Of a DNA stretch of 64,000 nucleotides, positions 10,701 to 18,847 are shown in pieces. Position numbers and translations under genes: made by a program. The notes beneath the pieces were generated by a model that had not been told where the DNA came from, made no database searches, and saw nothing but the letters and a program-made list of their open reading frames with translations. Each line of letters starts with the position of its first letter. The stretch's first letter is position 1. This stretch comes from an uncultured Planctomycetia bacterium (lineage in GTDB: Bacteria; Omnitrophota; Gorgyraeia; 2-02-FULL-51-18; JAGOUK01), in contig CAYSFB010000002.1 in the NCBI GenBank assembly GCA_964430735.1, forward strand, positions 222,027 through 286,026. Reading direction: 5' to 3'.

Positions 10701-11047
10701 TGGCGCGTGTCGTACTTTTGCTGCGGGATCGTGTTCTGGAACGGCTCGTAGTAATGCGTCTCTTTGCGCTGATTCACTTTGAGGAAGGTGCGGAAGCCGC
10801 GCAGCGACGTCATCTCGTAAGAACGGTTGGCGGGATAAAACTGCAGGATCGCGTGGTCCTTGTCCGAAACGCCGAAGCTCGCGATACCCTGGCCGCGATT
10901 CACATAAAACGCCCACAGCGGAATTCCGAACGGACCGGCGACGCCGGGCAAAAAGTTCGAAAACGGCTTCGCCTCGTTGTAATTTTCGATGACAAACGAG
11001 CCGTTCGGTTCGGACGCGTACTGGGGTTTCTTGTCTCGGGGGTTCAT
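7712..11047 (-). CDS. Large cytoplasmic protein, 1111 aa; candidate GH94-superfamily (GH94/GH149/GH161-like) glycoside phosphorylase or six-hairpin glycosidase
   Basis: Long unbroken ORF with no signal peptide. The DWYDALNGLPGLLG segment resembles the catalytic DWND(A/G)LN region of GH94 phosphorylases. The size matches ~1100-aa GH149/GH161 enzymes. The family assignment is tentative. Confidence 0.4.
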   Translation of the reverse strand: MNPRDKKPQYASEPNGSFVIENYNEAKPFSNFLPGVAGPFGIPLWAFYVNRGQGIASFGVSDKDHAILQFYPANRSYEMTSLRGFRTFLKVNQRKETHYYEPFQNTIPQQKYDTRQAMRVQAQGFSIEESNQSLGLDIKVSYFGVPGEPFAALARKVVIQNKLVVPTEIEIADGLPAVVPFGLKEWFLKDMSRTVEAWMKCEITPGKDPVAHFKLKADPEDRPEYQAVDGTHFYTSFGESSSLKHRGKLFQPSIIVDPEVLFGTRLDFTEPQEFIGRTPFAPDAQVLENKTPCAFSFYKLTLEPEETVTLYTLIGEAAEGTKFSKGIARVRDPKFFAAKEREAREVVQRLQDPITTVSGSSRFDDYCRQTFLDNVLRGGFPHRMTGPSGDFVFHIYSRKHGDLERDYNRFVVQPTYFSQGEGNFRDVNQNRRSDVWFEPKVKDLNVRTFFNLIQPDGYNPLVVEQLVLTLESPRDFRKAAGKILAAAELAELEAFLAKPRTPGEIAKFAEKLPSVAKSRDAALPVIFGSLKRLDTARHGEGFWIDHWTYNLDLLESYLAVYPEELDNALWRDASYTYYESDHIVRPRSQKYVKIAGDKIRQFGATARDAEKAELIRSRASEPHKVRLNRGKGKVAHSTLAAKMLCVIANKFASLDPFGAGVEMESDKPDWYDALNGLPGLLGSSLSETYELLRWVRFLESALRRSRVKAREARVAVPAELAELLRKNELLARRCLASKAPSKHQDFWDATHTAKEKYWAATRLGFQGREVKIPFKALKKMLAAFSAKLEEGIGRAYDPAKETCPTYFENEMVEYKTVPGKKGGREVIVPKKFRQRRLAAFLEGPMHALRVEKDPVRAKQIYDHVRSSDLFDRKLSMYTVTSNLEKESPEIGRARIFSPGWLENQSVFLHMEYKWLLETLKRGLTSEFFTDLQAALVPFQDPKVYGRSIFENSSFIASSAFSNRKVHGTGFVARLSGSTAEFLDMWLRMNLGHEPFRLDAKGQLEFSLNPVLPDWMFTKEETPRRIQLRDGSTQTITLPKNAYAFVFMSQTLITYMNPKHASTFGPRRAVVKRMVFLDAQKKQVIVDGNTLGPVHAKALRDGQIRRIDCELG

Positions 11048-11252
11048 TGGGGTTCTCCCTAAAGTCCCCTATTATACGGAAAAAGTTCGTAATTTCTACG
11101 ACAAAAAGCGCTCATAAGTCATTCAAAATCAAGCAGATAAGTCATTATTTGTTATTTTTTCATGTGATTATTGAATCTTTGATAATCTTGATGTATGGTT
11201 CATGTTGTTAGATACAGGAGTAAACGATTGATAACTAAGGATGGGTTGAGCA

Positions 11253-11762
11253 ATGAAGAAACTAAATATTGCAGCATTAACAACTCTCGCCCTTTTCCTG
11301 ACGGTGCCGGCCCTGGCCAATAACACCACCGTCAGCGTCAACGTCTCCTGCACGATCCTCCCCTTATTTGAGATGGAAGTGATCAGCCCCGTCAACGGGA
11401 TCGAATTCGGCGCGATCCAAAAGAATCCGGACGCCAACGTAGATGTCAGCGCGCCGGAAATCACCATCCGCGCCAAGACCAATATGGGCCAACCCTATAT
11501 CATCAAGCACGAACTTCTGACGCCCCTCGCCAGCGATAACGGCGCAATCCTTCCGGACGGCTCCATGAGCGTTGATGCCACCAGCGGCAACGGCTCAACG
11601 GCGCAAGGCCAGGCGGTCGGCACCGACCCGGAGGTTTTGTACCAATCCGACGCCAACGGCCAAAGCGATACGATTACGGCACGCTACAACCTGAACGTGC
11701 ATCCCGATCAGGACGCCGGTCAGTACCAGTCCAAACTGCTCTATACGATTGTGACGGCCTAG
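11253..11762 (+). CDS. Secreted spore-coat-protein-U (SCPU)/Csu-pilin-like subunit, 169 aa
   Basis: Signal peptide MKKLNIAALTTLALFLTVPALA. N-terminal TVSVNVSCTILP matches the SCPU V-x-a-x-V-x-x-C-x-i motif. C-terminal GQYQSKLLYTIVTA matches the SCPU G-x-Y-x-(S/D)-x-x-T-(Y/F)-x-I motif. RBS AAGGATGGG. Confidence 0.6.
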   Translation: MKKLNIAALTTLALFLTVPALANNTTVSVNVSCTILPLFEMEVISPVNGIEFGAIQKNPDANVDVSAPEITIRAKTNMGQPYIIKHELLTPLASDNGAILPDGSMSVDATSGNGSTAQGQAVGTDPEVLYQSDANGQSDTITARYNLNVHPDQDAGQYQSKLLYTIVTA

Positions 11763-11775
11763 CGGACGCTAGGTT

Positions 11776-12570
11776 TTAAGCGGAGACGGGCTCGAGACGA
11801 ACCGAACTTCCCTCGCGGAAGCTTCGGGCATCGCCCTCGAGGATGGAAGCGGTCGAGATACGCTCGTACAATGTTCCGATTTGAACCCTGCCGATCTTGC
11901 GATCCCCTGCAAATAAGTCGAATTTGGAATCCTGCTTGAGGCCGTTCTGCGAGCCCTGGCTCAGCACCACAAAACGGTGCTGTTCGTTCACGGTCAGGAC
12001 CTGGGCGCCGCTCTCTTTGAGTGAATCGAAGAATTTGGTCGGAGCGGGCGTCGCCACCGGCGCGGCCGCAATCGCGGCCTGCTGCATGACGGCCGGCATC
12101 GCCTGCTGTTCCACCTGAACCTGCCGAAGACCGGCGGCCGGGGCCTTCATCATGGCTGCGGCGGAACCGGCGCTCATCGGGCTTTGGGCCGTGATGTTGC
12201 GCAATTCGTTCTGAACCCCGTCCCAGGCGCCCGGCTGCTGGGTCCGAACCATCACCTCGCCCAGATCAACCGAACCCGAACCCGAAAGAAGTTTGATCAT
12301 CTCGGCCAGCAGACGGCGGATATGCTCGTCGCGCTCGCCCATCTGCTGGATCAGGAAACGCTTTTCGTTATTGGCCGCTTCGGCTTCCTGTTTCGCTTCG
12401 GCGAGGTCAGCCTGGCTCTTCACGAGCTGTTCGGAGACGGTTTTTAATCTTTTTTCAGCCTGGAGACGGATCTGTTTTTCGTATTTCCAGAAGAAGCCGG
12501 CGGAAAGAATGAGGACGATCGGAAGGATGCGGGCGATCATGAGGTAGGACGACCGATTCATCAATGACAT
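11776..12570 (-). CDS. Membrane-anchored coiled-coil protein with a small C-terminal beta domain; pilus-locus accessory protein of unknown function
   Basis: N-terminal TM helix ILPIVLILSAGFFW. Coiled coil QIRLQAEKRLKTVSEQLVKSQADLAEAKQEAEAANNEKRF. Ala/Gln-rich linker. It ends 31 nt downstream of the 12602..15526 outer-membrane protein gene on the same strand. Confidence 0.55.
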   Translation of the reverse strand: MSLMNRSSYLMIARILPIVLILSAGFFWKYEKQIRLQAEKRLKTVSEQLVKSQADLAEAKQEAEAANNEKRFLIQQMGERDEHIRRLLAEMIKLLSGSGSVDLGEVMVRTQQPGAWDGVQNELRNITAQSPMSAGSAAAMMKAPAAGLRQVQVEQQAMPAVMQQAAIAAAPVATPAPTKFFDSLKESGAQVLTVNEQHRFVVLSQGSQNGLKQDSKFDLFAGDRKIGRVQIGTLYERISTASILEGDARSFREGSSVRLEPVSA

Positions 12571-12601
12571 GCTCCTTTATATCACCCGCTCAGGCCTGTG
12601 G

Positions 12602-15526
12602 TCAAGAAACGGTGACCGGCAAGTCCTCGGAGCGCTGCGCCGGCGCAGCCGTAAACGTGAGATCCTTTGCAAAATCCGTCGTATAACCCGGCGCGGATCC
12701 GGGAACCAGCGTGAGCGTGTGCGTTCCGGCGGGAACGCGTTCGAACAAATAATATCCCTCGTCGTCCGCTTCAGCCTCCAGCGCGCCCAGTCGCACCTTC
12801 GCCTTCGCGACACCGGCCTCTTCCTTTTCCGCGTGGTTATTGCCGTTCGCGTCGACAAAGACGCGGCCGTTCACCGTGCGTTCGGCGGTCACCGCAAAGT
12901 CGAACCGGTACTGGACGCCCTCGCTCAACTCCAGCTGCTTGCGGATGGAGCCGACCGGCAGGTACCCGATGGGCAGCGACTTCAAGTCCAGTGTCATCGC
13001 GTGCGGGCCGGTCGCGACTTCGTCGAACCGGAAACGCCCGGACGCGTCAGAAACGCGCTGTTCCTTGCCGTCGAGGATGACTTTGACGCGGCCGACGGCC
13101 GTGTCGGTCGGATCGTACTTGCCGTTGCCGTTCAGGTCGTTGAACACAAGGCCCGCGATCGACGAACGCGACACGAGGCCAAAGTCCACGGACTTTCCGG
13201 CTTCGGCCAGTTCGACGTCGCGGCGCAGCGACCCGGTGACGGTATGTCCGTACGGAATTTTGTTGGGATCCAGGATGATCGTGGCGCGCTTGCCCCCGAT
13301 CGACGGCGTCTGGTAATTGCCCTGGGCGTCCGTCGTCACCTCCGTCCCGTTCGCGCGCACGATGAGGCCCGGCACGCCCGCTTCTTCCGGCTGGCGGCGT
13401 CCGTCGCCGTTCTTGTCCAGGTACACCGCGCCGAAGAATTTGGCCTGCGGCTCCCACCGGATCCCGGTGTCGTAGAGATACCGGACGCCGGTGACGATTT
13501 CGGCTTCGGCGCGCGCCTCGTTGATGCGGTTTTCGCCGCGCATGGCCGCGTACCGGCCGTCCAGGAAGAACTCCATATTCTCGAGCGTGTACGTCACCGA
13601 CCCCTGAAGCTCGAAGCGGTCTTCGCCGATCATGAAGCTGCGAAGGGATTCCGTCTCTTCCTCGTCGGTGTAACGCGCCGTGAGATCGGTCGTGAACGGC
13701 GTGTCCGCCAGCCGCGACCGGCGCGAAATCGCATACACCATCGACCGCGGGTGCGACACATCGTGGTTCAGGGTTTCTTCGAGCAGACTGATGTTGTGCT
13801 GATACGAAAAATACGTGTCCTTGAACAGCAGCGTCTGCATGCCGAGTCCGAGCGTGTTGCGGCGGTAGTTTGACTCCGGGTTCGACAGACTCTCGGTGTC
13901 GTCGTTCGAGAACCGGCTGTACAGCGAAACGCGGCGGTCGCCGATCGGGATGCCCTGCGTGTACGTGAGCGCCTGGCTCTTGGTGCGGTACGGGGAGATG
14001 AGGGCCGTTTCCTCATAATCCTTGAGGTCCGCCTGCAGCGACGACAAAGACGAAATCCGCCACTGGAGACTCGCGTCCTGCCGGGTGTTGAACCGGTCGT
14101 ACTCCGACGGCAGGAAAAACTGCCGGTCGCGGTACACGTCGAGCGCGAACCGCGCGTTGACCGAATCCGAAATATTCCACAAGAGGTCCGAGTTGATGCC
14201 CTGCTCGCCCTGGCCGCCGGGGTTGCCGACGACGGTGAAAAAACGCTTGGATGTGTCGCGCAGCTCGGACTTGAACTGCAGCCCCGGATAACGCCACGTC
14301 CCCGCGACGCGGTTCGAAAAATGGTCGCTGTCGTATCCCGTGTGGGTCGTCACGCCGAAATGGTCCGTCACCTTGTAGGCCTGGTCAAATTCAAAAGCCA
14401 TGTCGTTCAAGTCCTCCACCCGCGACTGGCCGTGCGCCTGCACGTAACCGAAGCGGTACTTGGCCGCCGGGTTGAGTTCGTAATCCACGAACCCGCCGCC
14501 CGCGTACGAATCGAGCGTCTCCTGCCCTCCGCCGAGACCGGTCGTCCCGAGCGTTCCCAGAATGCTGGTGAGTTCACGGCCGTAAAACGCGGTGTAGATA
14601 AACGGCTTTTTTTTGGGACGGTGATCCCATTGGACGCCGCGGAACCGGTACTGGGGCAAAATGAGCATGTCGGTCCTCATCTGCGTGTCGATCATCGACA
14701 GATCCGCGTCCTCGATCGCACCGTAATGAAAATCACTGATCCGCGCGGAGATCTGGCTGAGCTCGGGCTTGTTGTCGATCTCGCGGATTTCGGCATTGCC
14801 CGAAAATGCGCCGACCGGCGTGTCGCCGGTGACCTTGAAGCCCTGGCTGTAAGCAAGCGAGCTCTGGGCCAGCGTTTCGAAGTCGTTGCCCTGATAGTAC
14901 TGGGAACGGTTGTTGGTGTATTCGACCTTGAAGCTGTCGGCGCGTTCGATACGCTCTTCACGGCGTTTGACATACTGGGCGATGGATTTTTGCGGGATGA
15001 CGCGGATTTGGAGCGTCACGCGTCCTTCGACTTCCCAGATATGGACCACGGTGGTTCCGATCGCGGTGGCCTTCATCTGAAGCGCGCCCGGATTGATCAG
15101 GAAAAATTCGACTTTGTCTTCCGTCGTCGCGAGATAACGCTGAATGCCCCGGCCTTCGACCGTGGCGACCTGACCCAGCTCGAGGTCCAGCGGCCGCGTC
15201 ACGTTGCGAAGCTCGTCCATCGAGACCGTCACCGGATCCGGAACGCGGATGACCATTTCGTCCTGGTCGGCTTCGGTGGGCTCGAAGTATTTGGCGATGG
15301 GTCCGGAGGACTTCGTCTTGGTGCCTTCAAGAAACCCTTGAGGCCGAGTTTCGGCGGCTTCTTCGGGACCGCCGGAAGAGAACCGGTCGTTCCAGACGCT
15401 GTCCATTTTAAAAAACCGGGTGTTGGAGTCGGCAAAAGCGGGCCTTGCGGCGGCCAGAACCAAAAGGAACAGGAACGCAGCCGTTGAAGGAAGAAACAGC
15501 CGGAGGGGCCGGTGTTGCTGGATCAC
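12602..15526 (-). CDS. Large outer-membrane protein (usher-like candidate) with three C-terminal Cna-B/CarboxypepD_reg-like repeats
   Basis: The likely start is a GTG whose TG overlaps the chaperone TGA stop (GAGTGATCC), immediately before the signal peptide RPLRLFLPSTAAFLFLLVLAAARPAFA. The track's ATG at 15625 would overlap the chaperone gene by 100 nt. The middle region is beta-rich. The C-terminus has repeats GLVFNDLNGNGKYDPTD...GRVKVIL, GRVFVDANGNNHAEKEE...AKVRL, and YLDKNGDGRRQPEE. Confidence 0.6.
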   Translation of the reverse strand: MIQQHRPLRLFLPSTAAFLFLLVLAAARPAFADSNTRFFKMDSVWNDRFSSGGPEEAAETRPQGFLEGTKTKSSGPIAKYFEPTEADQDEMVIRVPDPVTVSMDELRNVTRPLDLELGQVATVEGRGIQRYLATTEDKVEFFLINPGALQMKATAIGTTVVHIWEVEGRVTLQIRVIPQKSIAQYVKRREERIERADSFKVEYTNNRSQYYQGNDFETLAQSSLAYSQGFKVTGDTPVGAFSGNAEIREIDNKPELSQISARISDFHYGAIEDADLSMIDTQMRTDMLILPQYRFRGVQWDHRPKKKPFIYTAFYGRELTSILGTLGTTGLGGGQETLDSYAGGGFVDYELNPAAKYRFGYVQAHGQSRVEDLNDMAFEFDQAYKVTDHFGVTTHTGYDSDHFSNRVAGTWRYPGLQFKSELRDTSKRFFTVVGNPGGQGEQGINSDLLWNISDSVNARFALDVYRDRQFFLPSEYDRFNTRQDASLQWRISSLSSLQADLKDYEETALISPYRTKSQALTYTQGIPIGDRRVSLYSRFSNDDTESLSNPESNYRRNTLGLGMQTLLFKDTYFSYQHNISLLEETLNHDVSHPRSMVYAISRRSRLADTPFTTDLTARYTDEEETESLRSFMIGEDRFELQGSVTYTLENMEFFLDGRYAAMRGENRINEARAEAEIVTGVRYLYDTGIRWEPQAKFFGAVYLDKNGDGRRQPEEAGVPGLIVRANGTEVTTDAQGNYQTPSIGGKRATIILDPNKIPYGHTVTGSLRRDVELAEAGKSVDFGLVSRSSIAGLVFNDLNGNGKYDPTDTAVGRVKVILDGKEQRVSDASGRFRFDEVATGPHAMTLDLKSLPIGYLPVGSIRKQLELSEGVQYRFDFAVTAERTVNGRVFVDANGNNHAEKEEAGVAKAKVRLGALEAEADDEGYYLFERVPAGTHTLTLVPGSAPGYTTDFAKDLTFTAAPAQRSEDLPVTVS

Positions 15527-16329
15527 TCGATCGTAATCTTTTTTTCCTCGACCAGCAGCGCGCCTTCGCCCATGTCGAAGGTGAACACGCCGTCGTAAAC
15601 TCCGGGAGCGAGGCGGCCGGCCCATTCGGTTTCTTGCGAGACGACGGCTCCGGCGCGGGCGTAGATCGTGGTGAGTTTGCCGCGGGCTTTCACGCCGCCC
15701 TCGAAGTCCATCAGGACGAATTCACCTTCCAGAGCGACCGCCGTGTTGCCGGTGTTGTGAAAAACGGTCTTGATCACCGCGGGACGGTTGCCTTTTCCGG
15801 GTGTGAGGGTCAATTCCTTGATTTTTCCTTCGCGCCGGATCGAGCCGGCGATGTCGACGTAAAAGAGCGATCCGATGCGTCCCGCGACCGTGACGCTTGC
15901 GCCCTCTTCGTTCTGCCCCATGCCGAGCGACGTCTCGAAAAACAGGATCGAGTACCGGGTGCCCGTCGAAGCGTCCGCGTCCGCCGGAACCGCGACGGTG
16001 TAATCGACGGTCTGCCGGCCGAAGGGTTCGATGGTCAGCTGACTGGGGTTGTAGGTGATCCAGGGCGAGGCGCTGTTCGGAAGCGTGCCGGCCGGAAAAA
16101 AGTCCTTGTCGCCGTTTCCGGTGTCGAGATATTCCCAGTCTTCGGTATAAACCTTCACGGTCACCGTGCCGTCGGTCGGATTCGAAATATGGATCTGTCC
16201 GGTTTTGGTTTCTCCGGCGGCGGCCTCGATCCGCACGCGCGCCTCGTCGATCCGGATCGTCGCCGCTTGCGCGGACGAAGCAGCCCACAGCAGGACCGCA
16301 AAAACCGCAAATATCCGATGTCGCATCAT
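15523..16329 (-). CDS. PapD-like periplasmic pilus-assembly chaperone
   Basis: Start chosen at ATGATG after a GGAG RBS, giving signal peptide MMRHRIFAVFAVLLWAASSAQA. The track's longer ORF starts at 16428. N-domain pattern RIDEARVRIEAAAGETKTGQIHISNPTDGTVTVKVYTEDW and IGSLFYV resembles PapD/FimC (..RVIF...L.I.N......L.Q.W...KLFYRP). It has two Ig-like halves. Confidence 0.55.
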   Translation of the reverse strand: MMRHRIFAVFAVLLWAASSAQAATIRIDEARVRIEAAAGETKTGQIHISNPTDGTVTVKVYTEDWEYLDTGNGDKDFFPAGTLPNSASPWITYNPSQLTIEPFGRQTVDYTVAVPADADASTGTRYSILFFETSLGMGQNEEGASVTVAGRIGSLFYVDIAGSIRREGKIKELTLTPGKGNRPAVIKTVFHNTGNTAVALEGEFVLMDFEGGVKARGKLTTIYARAGAVVSQETEWAGRLAPGVYDGVFTFDMGEGALLVEEKKITIE

Positions 16330-16408
16330 GATGAATCTCCTTATAAAACTTAAGTGCATTTTAGCAAAAATACACCGGTCATACACGGAGCAAATCGGGT
16401 CCAAAAGG

Positions 16409-16443
16409 AGAAGCGCCCCCCGGACCATTCCGGGAGGCGCTTC
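16409..16443 (-). terminator. Strong near-palindromic hairpin followed by a short U-run after subunit gene A1; candidate attenuating terminator ahead of the chaperone gene
   Basis: GAAGCGCCCCCCGGA-CCAT-TCCGGGAGGCGCTTC forms a 15-bp stem with one mismatch. On the minus strand it is followed by CCTTTTGG. It lies 52 nt after the A1 stop and 80 nt before the chaperone start. Confidence 0.4.
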
Positions 16444-16494
16444 TGGGTTACCCCCAGGGCCGCGGTTGCGGCCGAAGGAGAGAGTGGAGTTGCG

Positions 16495-17094
16495 TTAGGC
16501 CAGTGCGATCGTGTAGGTCGCCGAGGCGCTGTAGCTGCCCTGAGCCTGATCGAGCAGGATGGGCTGCCAACCGGTGAACGGAGGAGTGACACCGCCGCCG
16601 CTGATACCGTAAACGAGCTGGATCGTGGCCGCAGTACCCGCCGTGTTGGAGGTGTAGATCGTGGTGTTGTTCATCACCGCGTTCTGACCGCCGGCCGGGA
16701 ACACGTCACCCGTGATGTCGTTGTTGCCCGACTTGGCCGAAACCACCGTGCAGACCATCGCATGAGGAAGGGTCTGGGCGCCATTGGTCAGAGCCGGCAT
16801 CGTCGCCTTCACCGTGTAGGCACGGCTGGACGTGTTCGTGGACAGGTACACCGTGTAAGGATCCGCACCGCGCATGACACCGTTGACCGTATCACGGACC
16901 AGCTGGCCGAAGGGCATCGACGAACCGAGATTCGCACCGGTGGGAACACCGTTCGCATCCAGCTTATAGGTGGCCATCGTGATGTCGAGGACCTGATCCA
17001 CGCTCGCCGCAGCCGTCACCGTCTGGGAAGTGGCCGCCAGAGCGGGCATCGAGATCGCAAGAGACGTCGCAAGAATCGCAATTACCTTCTTCAT
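16495..17094 (-). CDS. SCPU/Csu-like secreted fibre subunit, type A (copy A1)
   Basis: Signal peptide MKKVIAILATSLAISMPALA. C-terminal GSYSASATYTIALA. About 50% identical to 18179..18781. GGAGG RBS. Confidence 0.6.
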   Translation of the reverse strand: MKKVIAILATSLAISMPALAATSQTVTAAASVDQVLDITMATYKLDANGVPTGANLGSSMPFGQLVRDTVNGVMRGADPYTVYLSTNTSSRAYTVKATMPALTNGAQTLPHAMVCTVVSAKSGNNDITGDVFPAGGQNAVMNNTTIYTSNTAGTAATIQLVYGISGGGVTPPFTGWQPILLDQAQGSYSASATYTIALA

Positions 17095-17146
17095 ATGAAC
17101 CTCCGTTATTCTTTAATGCCTGATTTTTTAACCGCTTAAATTGGGT

Positions 17147-17194
17147 ATAAAAAACCGGGCTGCCTAACCGTTTGATTGGCCTTGGCAGCCCGGC
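17147..17194 (-). terminator. Hairpin plus U6 (intrinsic-terminator-like) 53 nt upstream of the A1 start; candidate leader attenuator, or a terminator for B1
   Basis: Minus strand reads CCGGGCUGCC-N20-GGCAGCCCGG-UUUUUU. A putative sigma70-like promoter (TTGATA-N17-TATACA) lies further upstream at about 17380-17420, immediately after the B1 stop. That promoter would put this hairpin inside a ~250-nt 5' leader. Confidence 0.4.
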
Positions 17195-17421
17195 TGACCT
17201 TGAACACCTCAAGGTTCCTGGAGCTTTGCGTCCCACCCTTACGGATGGTTTGCCTTTTCAGTCCCGTATTCGTCTTTTGAATGAACCGCTTTGCTTACGA
17301 ACCGGACGAATATCTGTTTGAAGTCTACCCTACGCGATACGAGATTTCAAGAGTCTACAGAAACTTTTTTTATATGTTATATGATAAATGTTTGTATAAA
17401 TGTCGATTAACACGATATCAA

Positions 17422-18027
17422 TTAAGCGGTCAATTCGATCTGAAAGGTAATGGTCGAAGAGTAGGTGCCGCCGGCCTGGTCAAAAGGGACGAATTCCGTG
17501 GCGCCGGCATTAGGATCGTTGGTGATGGCGTAGGTAAAAGCGACCGGGGTATAGCTGCCGGCCGGTTCACTCTGATAGATGATTTTGTTGTTGGCGATGA
17601 AGCTTCCGCGGGTACCAATGGAAGCGCCGGCAGGATAAGCTTGGCCGTCCTTATTGACGGGCCAAGGAGTCACGATGCAGGATCCGGCCGGAAGGGTCTT
17701 GGTGCCGTTGCTGAGGGCCGTCGCGGACTGGGTGAGGCGGAAGGGGCGGCCGGAAGAATTGGGATGTAGATAAACGTCGAAGTAATTCTCCCCTCTCATC
17801 GGGCCCTGGCCGGCGTCGGCCTTAAGGGTGCCGAAATTCATGGCGCTGGCGCCCCAGTTCGTCACAACCCCATCCTTATACTGGCGGATTTCGACGCCCA
17901 ATTCCAACACCGACTGGACCGTTGCCGAAAGCGGCACGGTGACCGAGCCTCCCGCCGCGTGGGCGGAAGCAGCCAGGAACAGCGAGGCTGCGAAGAGTTG
18001 GAGGGTTTTGAGCGTCTGCTTCATCAT
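17422..18027 (-). CDS. SCPU/Csu-like secreted fibre subunit, type B (copy B1)
   Basis: Signal peptide MMKQTLKTLQLFAASLFLAASAHA. C-terminal GGTYSSTITFQIELTA. About 60% identical to 18848..19480. Confidence 0.6.
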   Translation of the reverse strand: MMKQTLKTLQLFAASLFLAASAHAAGGSVTVPLSATVQSVLELGVEIRQYKDGVVTNWGASAMNFGTLKADAGQGPMRGENYFDVYLHPNSSGRPFRLTQSATALSNGTKTLPAGSCIVTPWPVNKDGQAYPAGASIGTRGSFIANNKIIYQSEPAGSYTPVAFTYAITNDPNAGATEFVPFDQAGGTYSSTITFQIELTA

Positions 18028-18098
18028 GACTTCCTTGGTTGAAGATAAATCCTAACGGAAATCTACATGACGCAGGGACCTGTTTCAAGACCGTCCCA

Positions 18099-18136
18099 AA
18101 ATAAAAACACCCCCGGGGTCGCCCCCGAGGGTGTTT
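18099..18136 (-). terminator. Rho-independent terminator after subunit gene A2
   Basis: Minus strand reads AAACACCCUCGGGGGCGACCCCGGGGGUGUUUUUAUUUUGGG: a GC-rich stem followed by a U-rich tract. It lies 43 nt after the A2 stop. Confidence 0.65.
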
Positions 18137-18178
18137 AAAGTTCCGGAGTTTTTCCGAAGAAAACCCCGAATCGACCGT

Positions 18179-18781
18179 TTAGAGGGTCGCGATCGTGTAA
18201 GTGATCGTGGACGAGTAGCTGCCAGCGGCCTGATCCGGCTGCACGGGCTGGAAACCCGAGAACGGAGCGGCGCCGCCCGCGGCGAAGCCCGCGATACCGT
18301 ACCACATTTCGATCGTGGCGCCGGTGCCGGAAGTGTTCGAGCGGTAGATTTCGACGCTGCTCATGATCGCGTTGCGAAGCGAGATCATGGTGTCGCCGGT
18401 GATATCGTTGCCGAGAGAGTCCTTCGCCGAAACGATCGACGCACCCATCGCCGGAGGCAGGGTGTTCGCGCCGCTGGTGAGGGCCGACATCGAGGAAACG
18501 ATGTTGTACGGACGGCTGGACGTGTTGGCGCCCAGGTACACGGCGTAGTTCTTCGGGCTCACAAGGGCGCTGAAGCCGTTGTTCACGAGCTGACCGAAGG
18601 CCATGGAAGCCGCCGGGGTGGTCAAGGGCAGGTCGGTGCCGACAGCGCGCTCGAACACACCCATCGTCAGGTCAAGGGTCTGACCGACGCTGGCTGAAAC
18701 GGCAACGCTTTGGGTGGTGGCCGCGAACGCCGGCATCGTCATCGATACCGCCGCTGCAAGCGCGATAAGGGTCTTCTTCAT
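18179..18781 (-). CDS. SCPU/Csu-like secreted fibre subunit, type A (copy A2)
   Basis: Signal peptide MKKTLIALAAAVSMTMPAFA. C-terminal GSYSSTITYTIATL. Paralogue of A1. Confidence 0.6.
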   Translation of the reverse strand: MKKTLIALAAAVSMTMPAFAATTQSVAVSASVGQTLDLTMGVFERAVGTDLPLTTPAASMAFGQLVNNGFSALVSPKNYAVYLGANTSSRPYNIVSSMSALTSGANTLPPAMGASIVSAKDSLGNDITGDTMISLRNAIMSSVEIYRSNTSGTGATIEMWYGIAGFAAGGAAPFSGFQPVQPDQAAGSYSSTITYTIATL

Positions 18782-18847
18782 TTCATTCCTCCTGGTGTAC
18801 TGACTAAGGTCCGTGACTGTTTAAAACAAACTTTTCCGAAACGGCCG

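Noticed and set aside
7766-11062. 1098-aa plus-strand ORF
   Set aside because: It is antisense to the well-supported 1111-aa minus-strand gene. Its composition is Arg/Ala/Gly/Leu-rich and low-complexity, typical of antisense frames in high-GC DNA. It has no recognisable motifs.
15527-15625. ATG start at 15625 for the Cna-B outer-membrane protein (track ORF 12602..15625)
   Set aside because: It would add 33 Arg-rich residues before the signal peptide and overlap the chaperone gene by 100 nt. A GTG at 15526, overlapping the chaperone TGA, gives a canonical signal peptide and classic coupling.
17281-17769. 162-aa plus-strand ORF spanning the AT-rich intergenic region and antisense to subunit B1
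   Set aside because: It begins in a promoter-like AT-rich segment and runs antisense into a well-supported secreted-protein gene. It has no RBS and no motifs.
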